This document shows, piece after piece, positions 1-10,200 of a DNA stretch of 64,000 bases. The notes beneath the pieces were generated by a model, which made no database searches, had not been told where the DNA came from, and saw only the letters and a list, made by a program, of their open reading frames with translations. The stretch covers positions 85,288-149,287 of the forward strand of contig JBKBSK010000007.1 of assembly GCA_046291735.1 (NCBI GenBank), given 5' to 3'. Within the stretch, counting starts at the first letter, position 1. Every line of letters starts with the position of its first letter. The DNA comes from Candidatus Thermochlorobacter sp. GTDB lineage: Bacteria; Bacteroidota; Chlorobiia; Chlorobiales; Thermochlorobacteraceae. The translations under genes and the position numbers were made by a program.

Positions 1-71
1 TTGCTGGAAAAAAGTTCAGCTTAAACATTAAGCTCTACTCTGTCAGGCTCTTGAAGCAGCAAGTGTATATG

Positions 72-281
72 CTACTTTGCGCTTTTCCACTCTTCATACC
101 ATGCCATTTGAATGGCTTCTAATTTGCTTTCATTGGAGGCTTTCGGATCATCGGCAAAATCAGGTAGCTCGGTTACATAGCGATGCAAGTCGGTAAAACG
201 CACCGTGAGTGGATCAATGTCAGGATATTTTTCTTGCAGCAAAATGCCAATGTCTTCAGCGTCATTCCAAGTCAGTTTCAT
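72..281 (-). CDS. iscX: Fe-S cluster assembly accessory protein IscX (YfhJ family)
   Basis: 69-aa acidic ORF, collinear with E. coli IscX as I recall it (W.D.EDIG..L.EKYPD.DP.TVRFTDLH..V..L.DF.DDP..SNE..LEAI...W.EE). Confidence 0.8.
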   Translation of the reverse strand: MKLTWNDAEDIGILLQEKYPDIDPLTVRFTDLHRYVTELPDFADDPKASNESKLEAIQMAWYEEWKSAK

Positions 282-469
282 AGCAGTAAAAGTGTTTGAG
301 TTAATTGTAATGTGTTACTGCAAAGTTAGCGCGTGCTAAAGATTTTTTTTACGCAACACTATGTCGGGTGTGGCACAAAATTTCTCCTGCAAAGGTAGTG
401 CTCTGCTTCAGAGCGGCATAAAGTTTTATCTTTACGCAGTTCGAACAATTAGAAAAAGGAGACAACGTA

Positions 470-1804
470 ATGATAAACAACAACACTTGTCGCTTTTCCC
501 TCGTGTTATTTCTGATACTTTTCTTTGCAGTGCCGCTGCGTGCACAAGAAACGGCGCAGGTATTTCGTGGTGCATTGATTTATCCAATCGCTGGTGAGCC
601 GATTGAAAATGGGGTTTTGGTGGTGCAAGGTGGAAAAATTGTGGCGGTCGGCAAGTCCGGTGAAGTGCAAGTGCCACAGGGTGCTGTGGAGCACAATGTC
701 GAAGGCAAAGTGATTATGCCCGGCTTAGTCGATACGCACTCGCACATTGGGCGCGGCGATGGCGGCGATGCCTCGAGCACCCTGCATCCGAGCGTGCGCA
801 TTTTAGACGCAATTGACCCAAGAGCAACAAACTTCAAAAAAGCCTTGGTCGGTGGCATTACAACCGTCAACGTCATGCCGGGCTCTGGACACTTGATGAG
901 CGGGCAAACGGTCTATCTCAAACTGCGCAAAGATGCGAACTCGATTGAAGACATGCTCTTTGTCAAAGATGCAATAAATGAGATTGCAGGTGGCTTGAAA
1001 ATGGCAAATGGCACCAATCCGCTACGTGCGGCACCTTTTACGGGCACACGTGGCAAGTCAGCGGCAGCGGTGCGCATAATCTATCTCAAAGCCCAAGATT
1101 ACCGTGAGAAAATTAAAGCGGCGGGAAATGACAAGGAAAAGTTGCCAAAGCGCGACCTTGAGATGGAGTGTCTGCTGCAAGTGTTGGAGGGCAAGCGCAT
1201 CGTGCATCACCATACGCATCGGCACGATGATATTCTCACAGTGTTGCGTCTTGCCAAAGAATTTGGTTTTCGTGTGGTCTTGCATCATGTCAGCGAAGCG
1301 TGGAAGGTCGCCAAAGAAATTGCTGCTGCAAAAGCCCCTTGCTCAATCATTGTGCTGGATTCCCCGGGCGGAAAGTTAGAGGCGGTCGATATTCGCTTTG
1401 AAAATGGTCGTGTGCTGGAAGAAGCCGGTGTAGATGTCGCGTTTCACACCGATGACGGCATTACTGATTCACGACTCTTTTTGCGTTCAGCAGGTTTAGC
1501 GGTGCGCGCAGGCATGTCACGCAAAAAAGCCTTAGAAGCCTTGACGCTTGCAGGCGCACGCATGCTGGATTTGCAAGACCGCATTGGCTCACTTGAAAAA
1601 GGTAAGGATGCCGATTTTATCATTCTCTCTGGCGATCCCTTCAGCGTCTATACGCATGTGCTGCAGACTTGGGTAGAAGGTCAAAAAGTCTACGACCGCT
1701 CAAATCCTGACGACTACAAGTATGCCGTCGGTGGGCACAGCGTCTATCGTGGCGCAGATGCCTTGGACGATAACGGTCAATCAGAAGTAGGAGGGGAAAG
1801 ATGA
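470..1804 (+). CDS. secreted amidohydrolase-superfamily hydrolase (metal-dependent)
   Basis: GGAG SD upstream and a signal peptide (..FFAVPLRAQE). Full set of amidohydrolase ligand motifs: PGLVDTHSHIG (HxH), IVHHHTH, VLHHVSE, AFHTDDG, GSLEKGKDADFIIL. Confidence 0.85.
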   Translation: MINNNTCRFSLVLFLILFFAVPLRAQETAQVFRGALIYPIAGEPIENGVLVVQGGKIVAVGKSGEVQVPQGAVEHNVEGKVIMPGLVDTHSHIGRGDGGDASSTLHPSVRILDAIDPRATNFKKALVGGITTVNVMPGSGHLMSGQTVYLKLRKDANSIEDMLFVKDAINEIAGGLKMANGTNPLRAAPFTGTRGKSAAAVRIIYLKAQDYREKIKAAGNDKEKLPKRDLEMECLLQVLEGKRIVHHHTHRHDDILTVLRLAKEFGFRVVLHHVSEAWKVAKEIAAAKAPCSIIVLDSPGGKLEAVDIRFENGRVLEEAGVDVAFHTDDGITDSRLFLRSAGLAVRAGMSRKKALEALTLAGARMLDLQDRIGSLEKGKDADFIILSGDPFSVYTHVLQTWVEGQKVYDRSNPDDYKYAVGGHSVYRGADALDDNGQSEVGGER

Positions 1805-3003
1805 AAACAGGGCTGTTCAGTCTCGGACTGTGGTTTGCGCTGCTTGTAGAAGCCACAGCGCAGATTGCCGTGCAGGGCGAAACCATCTACACTATGGCAG
1901 GAGCGCCGCTGAAAAATGGTGTAGTGCTCATTAAAAATGGCAAAATCGAAGCTGTGGGCGTCAATCTACCAATTCCAAGTGGCTATCGCCTACTCAAAGC
2001 CAAAGTGGTTACGCCCGGGCTCATCGATGCACATTCAGTTGTCGGTCTGGCAGGTATTTTGAACTACAATCATGACCAAGACCAACTTGAGCGCTCGGAA
2101 GCCATTCAGCCAGAGCTGCGTGCTGAGGATGCTTACAACGCTGAAGAGCGGCTTGTAAAGTGGCTACGCGACTTTGGCGTAACAACCGTGCACACAGGAC
2201 ATGGACCGGGCGCACTTTCAAGTGGACAGACCATGATTGTTAAAACAGATGCAAATACAGTGTCTGAAGCTATTGTGCAAACGCCGGCTATGGTTGCCTT
2301 TACACTCGGCTCATCGGTCAGTCAGAATTACAAAAAGCCGGGTACGCGAGCTAAAGGTGTAGCCATGTTGCGCGAAGAATTTCTCAAGGCACAGGATTAT
2401 GCCAAGCGCATGCAAGCCAAAGACCCAAGCAAACGACCTGCGCGCGATTTGCGCCTTGAAGTTCTAAATGATGTGCTATCGGGCAAGCTGCCAGCGCTCT
2501 TCACAGCGCATCGAGCAACCGACATTCTTGCAGCACTACGGTTGCAAAAAGAGTTTGGTTTCAAACTCGTGCTCGATGGCGCCGCAGAAGCCTACCTTGT
2601 TCTTGATGACATCAAAAAGGCAGGTGTGCCCGTGATTGTGCATCCACCCATGATGCGCAATGTCGGCGATGGTGAAAATGCCTCATTTGAGACTGCTGCA
2701 AAATTGCGCAAAGCTGGAATTAAAGTCGCACTGCAGTCTGGCTATGAAGCCTATGTTCCAAAGACGCGTGTCGTGCTCTTCGAAGCAGCTGTGGCTGCCG
2801 CAAACGGACTAAGTTTTGAAGACGCCTTGCGCACAATCACAATTGATGCTGCAGAAATTCTAGGTATCGCAAAGCGCGTCGGCTCACTTGAAAAAGGCAA
2901 GGATGCCGACCTTGTGCTCTACGATGGCGACCCATTTGAATATACCTCGCATGTGTGCACAGTGATAATCAATGGCAAAATTGTCAAAGAGCTGTGCAAT
3001 TAG
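1801..3003 (+). CDS. secreted amidohydrolase-family paralog with degenerate metal-ligand motifs
   Basis: ATGA start/stop overlap with the upstream gene, GGAGG SD and a signal peptide. Clear paralog of 470..1804 (PGLIDAHS, LRLQKEFGF, GSLEKGKDADLVLYDGDPF), but the HxH, HH and HTDD positions are substituted. Confidence 0.85.
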   Translation: MKTGLFSLGLWFALLVEATAQIAVQGETIYTMAGAPLKNGVVLIKNGKIEAVGVNLPIPSGYRLLKAKVVTPGLIDAHSVVGLAGILNYNHDQDQLERSEAIQPELRAEDAYNAEERLVKWLRDFGVTTVHTGHGPGALSSGQTMIVKTDANTVSEAIVQTPAMVAFTLGSSVSQNYKKPGTRAKGVAMLREEFLKAQDYAKRMQAKDPSKRPARDLRLEVLNDVLSGKLPALFTAHRATDILAALRLQKEFGFKLVLDGAAEAYLVLDDIKKAGVPVIVHPPMMRNVGDGENASFETAAKLRKAGIKVALQSGYEAYVPKTRVVLFEAAVAAANGLSFEDALRTITIDAAEILGIAKRVGSLEKGKDADLVLYDGDPFEYTSHVCTVIINGKIVKELCN

Positions 3004-4057
3004 TACTCTGAAGTTGCAGAATACGAACAAAGCTGTGCGACACAAGGCAAAAAAGCGCATCTATATCGCCTACACCGGCGGTACAATTGGCATGAAACAG
3101 ACGCAGAAGGGCTATGCACCTGAAAAAGGGTTCTTAGAAGAGCAGCTTCGAGCGCTCTCGCTGTTTGCACGACCGGAACTTCCCGAGATAACAATCCATG
3201 AATATGAGCCGCTCTTAGATTCAGCTAATATGACCCCGCGTGAGTGGGTAACAATTGCACGCGATATTGAGGCGCATTATGATGATTATGATGGATTTAT
3301 CATCTTGCACGGTACAGATACAATGGCTTACACAGCGTCGGCGCTCTCCTTTATGCTCGAAAACCTCGGCAAAAGCGTCATCTTGACAGGATCACAGTTG
3401 CCACTTATGGAACTGCGTTCTGATGCACGCGAAAATCTTATCGGTGCGTTGTTTCTTGCAGCAAATTTCCAGATTCCAGAAGTAGGTGTGTATTTCAACG
3501 GTAAGCTCTTGCGAGGCAATCGTGCAGTGAAGGTAAGCGCCAGCGGGTTTAGTGCGTTTGAGTCACCAAACTACCCGCCGCTGGCAAGCGCAGGTGTCAA
3601 GATAACGCTCAACTGGAAAAACATTTTACCTAAGCCAAAAAGTAAGTTCAAGGTTAAACCGTTAGAGCCTGTGCGCATTGGCGTGATGACACTCTTTCCG
3701 GGTATTTCGCCAGAAGTTGTGCAAAACTTTTTGCGTGCGCCGATTGAGGGACTTGTGCTGAAAACCTTCGGCGTTGGCAACGCTCCAGATAATCCAGATT
3801 TGATTGAAGTCTTTCGGGAAGCCACACAACGTGGCGTCTATATCGTCAATGTCTCGCAGTGTCTTGAGGGGCGCGTCGACATGCAAAGTTATGTTGGAGG
3901 CTATCGGCTCAAAGAAGCAGGGGTGCTCTCTGGATACGATATGACAACAGAAGCAACGCTGGCAAAACTTTTTTATCTTTTAGGCAATTCATCGCTGACC
4001 TCACAGCGCATCAGGCGCCAAATTGAGCAAAACTTGCGCGGCGAGCTTACAAGATAG
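2972..4057 (+). CDS. ansA: L-asparaginase, type I (cytoplasmic)
   Basis: Collinear with E. coli AnsA as recalled (IYIAYTGGTIGM, ILHGTDTMAYTASALSFMLENLGK, ILTGSQLPL, FGVGNAP, NLRGELT). The ATG at 2972 overlaps the upstream gene by 32 nt, so the true start may be TTG 3014 or GTG 3035. Confidence 0.9.
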   Translation: MAKLSKSCAISTLKLQNTNKAVRHKAKKRIYIAYTGGTIGMKQTQKGYAPEKGFLEEQLRALSLFARPELPEITIHEYEPLLDSANMTPREWVTIARDIEAHYDDYDGFIILHGTDTMAYTASALSFMLENLGKSVILTGSQLPLMELRSDARENLIGALFLAANFQIPEVGVYFNGKLLRGNRAVKVSASGFSAFESPNYPPLASAGVKITLNWKNILPKPKSKFKVKPLEPVRIGVMTLFPGISPEVVQNFLRAPIEGLVLKTFGVGNAPDNPDLIEVFREATQRGVYIVNVSQCLEGRVDMQSYVGGYRLKEAGVLSGYDMTTEATLAKLFYLLGNSSLTSQRIRRQIEQNLRGELTR

Positions 4058-4119
4058 GAAGCGAAGTAAGAAAGTAACGAGAGAGAAGAGACACAAGTGT
4101 AAAAAAAAAAGTAACTGCC

Positions 4120-5079
4120 GTGGAACACAATCATTCTATTTACCTCGAGCGGTTGGAAATTGGTAAGTCAGCACAGCAGAGCTTGGCACTGGCGAGCCTC
4201 ATTACGACGACAATTTTTCTGGTCGAATTGATTGGCGGACTCATCAGCGGTAGCCTAGCCTTGCTTGCTGACGCAGGGCATATGGCAACTGATGTGATGG
4301 CATTAGGCTTGGGCTGGGTAGCGGTCTGGTTTGCAAAAAAACCAGCAACTGCAGAGCGTACTTACGGCTACTACCGTGTAGAAATTCTAGCAGCTCTGAC
4401 AAATGGAGTTGTACTGTGTGCACTGTCGCTGCTTATCTGTTATGAAGCACTCATGCGACTAAATGACCCTAAAAACATTTACATTGAAGAAATGTTCGGG
4501 TTTGGTGCAATAGGGCTGCTAGCAAATGTAGTATCCGCTGTGCTGCTGCACAAGACAAGTAAAACCAGTGTGAATGTGCGAGCAGCATATTTGCATGTCC
4601 TCGGTGATTTGCTAGGGTCTATCGGTGTCGTAATCGGCGCCAGCATCATTTACTTTACAAACTGGCTCTTTGTCGACGCTCTTATCAGCATGGCGATTGC
4701 AGGACTGATTTTAAGAAGTTCGTGGGGAGTAATCACAGAGGCTGTGGATGTACTGCTGGAATCAGTGCCAAAAGATTTGAACATTCAAGAGCTCGAGCAA
4801 GCACTGCGCCAGATGACACATGTATGCGATTTGCACGATTTGCATGTCTGGTCAATTACATCAGGTGTAAATGCGCTCAGTTGCCATGTTGTCGTTGATG
4901 AATATGACTGCAGTGAACAACTTATTCTCTGCATCAACAAGATGCTCAAGGAGCGCTTCGGAATTGAGCATGTAACAATTCAGTTAGAAACTCACAAGGT
5001 CAAAGCAGAAATCAAGCATCCATCACTAGCTGAAACGGCTGAAAAAAGAGAGCGCAGGACCTGCAATCACAACCACTGA
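4120..5079 (+). CDS. czcD: cation diffusion facilitator (Zn/Co/Cd efflux), CzcD family
   Basis: GTG start and six hydrophobic helices. CDF signatures (LLADAGHMATDV, YLHVLGDLLGSIGV), a C-terminal cytoplasmic domain (HDLHVWSITSG) and His-containing termini. Confidence 0.9.
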   Translation: MEHNHSIYLERLEIGKSAQQSLALASLITTTIFLVELIGGLISGSLALLADAGHMATDVMALGLGWVAVWFAKKPATAERTYGYYRVEILAALTNGVVLCALSLLICYEALMRLNDPKNIYIEEMFGFGAIGLLANVVSAVLLHKTSKTSVNVRAAYLHVLGDLLGSIGVVIGASIIYFTNWLFVDALISMAIAGLILRSSWGVITEAVDVLLESVPKDLNIQELEQALRQMTHVCDLHDLHVWSITSGVNALSCHVVVDEYDCSEQLILCINKMLKERFGIEHVTIQLETHKVKAEIKHPSLAETAEKRERRTCNHNH

Positions 5080-5312
5080 ACTCAATGAGATGAGCGTGCT
5101 GCGCACAAGTAGCCATTCAAGCAAAGCTGCAAAAGCAAGCAATTACCTCGCCGAAAGTCAACAACGAAACCTTAAGTGAAGGTTACTTCCACCATATCCT
5201 GCGCTTTTTAGTTCGAACTGCTCGAGCGTGCGCTCACACTATCTTGCTGGGCTCTACGAAAAAAATTTTACATCTGAAACTTTAAAGTCTGAAACTTTCG
5301 TTATCGCATTCG

Positions 5313-5333
5313 TAAATGACTTTCGGTCATTTA
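5313..5333. promoter_or_regulatory. perfect 8-5-8 palindrome, candidate TetR operator
   Basis: TAAATGAC-tttcg-GTCATTTA lies 70-90 nt upstream of the TetR start. It is preceded by an 11-nt direct repeat, tctgaaacttt, at 5273-5283 and 5288-5298. Confidence 0.5.
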
Positions 5334-5402
5334 TTGACTTTGCGTCAAAGCGGTGGGCAAAGCAACCATGTAGTATAACAACATATAAGACAACATTTTT
5401 CA

Positions 5403-6104
5403 ATGAGCATTCTTGAACGCAAAGAGCGTGAAAAAGCAGAGCGCCGTCAGGCGATTCTCAAAGCAGCCAAAGAAGTTTTCTTTAAGCATGGCTTTGAGCA
5501 AGCATCAATGGATATGGTTGCTGCCGAGTCCGAGCTTGCCAAAGGCACGCTGTACCTATACTTCAAAAGCAAGGAAGAGCTGTATGTCTCGCTGGCGGAA
5601 GAAGGCTTGGCTGCTATTGATGAGATGATTGATTGTGCGATGCGTTCAGCAAAGACAATTGAGGAAAAATTACTTGCACACACCGAAGCCTACTACAACT
5701 TCTCACAGAAACATCAAGACTACATGAAAATTTTTATGGCAATTCATGCAGGAGTAATCAATGATAAAGTGGAGCCAGAGCGCTTAGCCCAACTGCAAAA
5801 CGCAAAGTGGCGGCGCTTTAAGCAAGCTGAAGATTTGATTAAAGAAGGTATGGCACAAGGCATTTTTCGCAAAGACATCAATCCGAGAGAAATGGTGTTG
5901 ATGGTCTGGTCAGCAATTGCTGGCGCAATTATGATGTCATCGAAGCGTTGCAATCATACTACCATGTTTGATGGCATTGATCGCAAGGCGTTTGTGATGA
6001 ATATCGCGCGTGTGTTTCTGGAGTATATCAAAGTCAAGCAAGTAGAAAGCCCAAAACGGCTTTCATCGAGAGCGAAAGCCAAAAAAGTCGCCTCGCTAAC
6101 ATGA
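5403..6104 (+). CDS. TetR/AcrR family transcriptional regulator
   Basis: N-terminal TetR HTH (ILKAAKEVFFKHGFEQASMDMVAAESELAKGTLYLYFKSKEELY). It sits directly upstream of RND pump genes. Confidence 0.9.
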   Translation: MSILERKEREKAERRQAILKAAKEVFFKHGFEQASMDMVAAESELAKGTLYLYFKSKEELYVSLAEEGLAAIDEMIDCAMRSAKTIEEKLLAHTEAYYNFSQKHQDYMKIFMAIHAGVINDKVEPERLAQLQNAKWRRFKQAEDLIKEGMAQGIFRKDINPREMVLMVWSAIAGAIMMSSKRCNHTTMFDGIDRKAFVMNIARVFLEYIKVKQVESPKRLSSRAKAKKVASLT

Positions 6105-6189
6105 CTTAGATATGCACGCAAGGAGTTTATCAGTGAGTTTAATCAATGAGTTGAACTATAAACGAAAATCAAACTAACGAGCAAGCAAA

Positions 6190-7245
6190 ATGAAAATTCT
6201 GAGAAACACTGTAATTGTTCTTGCGGTGCTGGCTGGCATCATTGCAATTTTGCTAAACAACAAAGCCAAATCGGATGCAAAAGCCGCAAAAAGTCTGGAA
6301 ACTGAAAAAGCCGTATCTGTCTCTACAATCATAGTAAGTAAAAACAAGCTAAGCGAGACACTCTCGCTGATTGGTACCATTACAGCAAATAATGATGTGG
6401 CGATTGTCTCTGAGACCTCAGGACGGGTTGTGTCGGTTGGTGCAAAAGTTGGCGACTACAAGCCGGCGGGGTCTGTAATTGCGCAAGTAGATGATGAACT
6501 CAAACTTGCCAATTTCAAATCGGCTGAAGTAGCCTACGAGAAAGCTAAAAAGGACCTTGAGCGCTACGAAGCCCTGCTCAAGGAAGGGGGAATTTCTGAT
6601 GCGCAAGTCGAGTCGGCGCGGCTCAATTTCAAGTCTGCTGAAGCGCAATACATCGTAGCGCGTCGGCAATTGCGCGATACACGTATCACGACACCAATTT
6701 CAGGGATTGTAACAGAGCGCAAGGTCGATATCGGCGCTATGGTCAGTGCCGGGATGACGGTGGCGAATGTTGTTGATATTGCTAAACTCAAAGTCAAAGT
6801 CAATGTCGCAGAGCAAGATGTCTTCAAGCTCAAGGTTGGTGACGAAGTCGAGGTAACCACCGATGTCTATCCCGGCATAAAATTCAAAGGTACGATTGCC
6901 ACGATTAGTGCAAAAGGCGATGAAGCGCATACCTATCCTGTTGAAATTATACTTAGCAATAGCAAAGAGCATCCGCTCAAAGCCGGAATGTTTGGGCGCG
7001 TGAATTTTACCTCGCTGGGTGAGCGTGAAGCACTAACAATTCCACGCGAAGCGCTGATTGGGAGCGTCAAAGCGCCAGAAGTATTCGTGGCAGAAAATGG
7101 CGTGGCAAAACTCAGAGCTATAACCGTTGGCAGGGAAGCAGGAAAAATACTGGAAGTCATAGATGGCTTAAAAGAAGGTGAGCGTGTCATTGTGAGCGGT
7201 CAGAACAACTTGCGCGATGGCTACGCAATCAACATGATTAACTAA
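6190..7245 (+). CDS. RND efflux periplasmic adaptor (HlyD/AcrA-type membrane fusion protein)
   Basis: N-terminal membrane anchor, a coiled-coil hairpin (AEVAYEKAKKDLERYEALLKEG...AEAQYIVARRQL) and an ITTPISGIV motif. Located upstream of the RND permease. Confidence 0.9.
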   Translation: MKILRNTVIVLAVLAGIIAILLNNKAKSDAKAAKSLETEKAVSVSTIIVSKNKLSETLSLIGTITANNDVAIVSETSGRVVSVGAKVGDYKPAGSVIAQVDDELKLANFKSAEVAYEKAKKDLERYEALLKEGGISDAQVESARLNFKSAEAQYIVARRQLRDTRITTPISGIVTERKVDIGAMVSAGMTVANVVDIAKLKVKVNVAEQDVFKLKVGDEVEVTTDVYPGIKFKGTIATISAKGDEAHTYPVEIILSNSKEHPLKAGMFGRVNFTSLGEREALTIPREALIGSVKAPEVFVAENGVAKLRAITVGREAGKILEVIDGLKEGERVIVSGQNNLRDGYAINMIN

Positions 7246-7279
7246 ACCTGAATCAACAAAACACGAACGGAGCAAAGAC

Positions 7280-10200
7280 ATGTCTGTTACGAGGTTACTC
7301 ATTCAGCGTCCGACTCTGGTAGTCGTACTGTTTGCTGTCTTGGGCGTCTTCGGTCTGTATGGCTACACGCAACTCAGTTATGAGCTCTTGCCGAAGTTTG
7401 CCCCACCTGTCGTGACGATTACGACAGCTTATCCCGGTGCCTCACCAAATGAGGTGGAAACATCGGTGACCAAACTCATTGAAGATGCAGTCTCTGGCTT
7501 AGATAAAGTCGATGCCATCACAGCATCGTCAAATGAAGGTGTCTCTTTCGTGTCGATTGAATTCAAGCAAGAGGCGAATGTAGATATAGTCTTGCAAGAT
7601 GCGCAGCGTAAAGTCGAATCGATTATTCCGCTTTTGCCGCCGGATGCAAAGCGACCCGTACTATCAAAGTTTGCCTTCGATGAGTTTCCCATTTTGAGAA
7701 TGGGCATCACGAGCAACATGCCTGAGACAGAATTTTATACTCTTGTCAAGGAGCGCTTGCAACCGCGTCTTGCACGCATTCCGGGCGTGGCACAAATTGT
7801 CTTGATTGGCGGCGAGGAGCGCGAAATTAAAGTCAATCTAAATGCCGAAAAGCTCAAAGCCTACGGTTTTTCTCCCCTACAAGTGGCAAATGTAATTAAG
7901 AATGCAAATCTGGATTTCCCCACGGGCAGAATCAAGGACAGTGATGGACAGTTTGTCGTGCGGCTTGCTGGTAAGTTTACGTCGTTAGAAGAGATGCGTA
8001 ACCTTGTTGTTGGGCGCTCTAAGCAGGGTGGGGAAATTCGCCTTGCTGACATTGCAGAAGTGGAAGATGGACGCAAGGAGCCGACCAATATCAACCGCAT
8101 CAATGGCAAGTCGTCCATCGGCATGTTCATCAATAAGCAATCTGATGCAAATGCTGTAATTGTCAGCGAAAAGGTACGCGCAGAACTTGCCAAGATCGAA
8201 AAGGAATATGCCGACAAGGCGGTCAAATTTGATATTGCCCAAGATGCCTCTATCTTTACACTGGACGCTGCACACGCCGTGCAAGAAGACTTAATGCTGG
8301 CAATTTTGCTCGTTGCACTTGTCATGCTGGTGTTCCTCCACAGCATTCGCAACTCCTTCATTGTGATGATTGCAATCCCCTGCTCGCTCATTTCCACAAT
8401 CGGCGTGATGTATTTCTTGGATTATACCTTCAACCTCATGTCGCTGCTAGCCCTCTCGCTGGCTGTTGGTATCTGGGTAGATGACTCCATCGTGGTGCTC
8501 GAAAACATTTATCGCCGCTTGGAACTTGGTGATGATAAAGTCGAAGCTGCCGTGCGCGGACGCGATGAAATCGGTCTGACTGCCGTCTCTATCACACTCG
8601 TCGACGTGGTGGTCTTTTTGCCACTTGCGCTAACAAGCGGCATTATCGGTAACATTATGCGCCAGTTCTCGATTGTCATGGTGGTCTCGACACTCTTTAG
8701 CTTGCTGGTCTCTTTTACCGTAACGCCTGTTTTAGCCTCGCGCATCTCAAAGCTCGAGCATCTGACCAAAGACACATTGATGGGGCGCTTCGGCTTATGG
8801 TTTGAGGGTATCTTCAAGCGTTTCACAGCGCGCTACATTGAACTGCTCAAATGGGCACTGCAAAACCGCTGGAAAGTAGCCGTCTCCGCAGTGATGATGC
8901 TCATTGCATCTTGCTCACTGATTCCACTTGGGTTCATCGGTGGCGAATTTATTGCACAGACCGACCGAGGGGAGTTCTCAGTTGCGCTCGAACTTGCGCC
9001 GGGCACAAAACTTGAAGAAACCAACGCCGTCTCACAGAAAATTGAGCGGATGCTAATGGATATTCCTGAAGTAGAAAAGGTAGCAGCAAATGTCGGCGCC
9101 TCCAGTGACGGCTTTGTTACAGCCTCATCGAGTAACATTGTCGACATTAGCGTCAAACTCATCGATAGAGAAGAGCGTAAAGCCCGTGGATTGCGTTCAA
9201 CCACCGATGTGCAGGCGCAAATCAAACAAATGACGAAAGATATTCCGGGCGTCAAGGTGCGTGTGAACGACATCGGCATCTTTGGCACAGCAAACCAGAC
9301 ACCAATTCAGTTGATTGTCAGTGGTGCAGATTACGAACTTGTCAAACAGTCTGCGCTGCATCTGAAAGAAATCCTGAAAAACACAAAAGGCGCAACCGAT
9401 GTCAGGCTCTCAGCTGAAGATGGTAACCCTGAAACACGCATTGAGATTGACCGCAATAAGCTAGCTTTCTTCGGGCTGTCTATGGCTGAAGTGGGCGCCT
9501 CGCTGCGCATTGCACTTGCAGGTGATAATAACGCTAAATTCCGCGAAGGCGATACCGAATATGATATTCGTATTCAGCTCGATGAATTCGATCGCTCTAA
9601 CACCGAAACTCTGGGCAACATGACCTTTGTCAATCAACGCGGGCAGGTGGTCGAGCTCAAGCAGTTTGCAAATATCTACCAAGCAACAGGTCCAACCAAA
9701 TTACAGCGCCGTGACCGCAACTATGCGATTATCGTCTATGCACAGCTTGCAGGTCAGTCACTAACATCCGTCTGGCAAAATGCACAAAAGAAACTTGCCG
9801 AAGACCCGCTGCCAGCTGGCATAAAAATTTCACCGCTGGGCGATTTGAAAAATCAACAAGAAGGCTTTGGCAGTTTAGGAATTGCACTCGTGGCTGGTGT
9901 GCTGTTCGTCTATTTGATTATGGTGGCGCTGTATAATTCCTACAAGTATCCGTTTGTGGTGCTGTTCTCAATTCCGCTGGCGGTCATCGGTGCGCTCTTG
10001 GCAATTGCACTGGCAGCAAAGAACCTCAGCATCTTCACAATCCTTGGCTTCATTATGCTGCTCGGTCTTGTCAGTAAAAACGCTATTCTCTTAGTCGATT
10101 TTGCAAATCGTGCTAAAGAAGAAGGCTTGAACACCGTTGAAGCGCTGGTAGAAGCAGGGCGCGAGCGACTGCGTCCCATTCTGATGACAACACTCACCAT

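Noticed and set aside
1-71. Possible 3' end of a plus-strand gene (frame 1 stop at 22-24)
   Set aside because: Only seven codons are visible, so it cannot be supported.
5228-5416. 62-aa ORF upstream of and overlapping the TetR start
   Set aside because: It has a GTG start without an SD. It covers the palindromic operator region and carries no motif.
7861-8397. 178-aa antisense ORF inside the RND permease. Similar long shadow ORFs lie at 49638..50306, 32063..32617, 8833..9288 and 33290..33730.
   Set aside because: All lie fully inside strongly supported genes on the opposite strand and carry no motifs.
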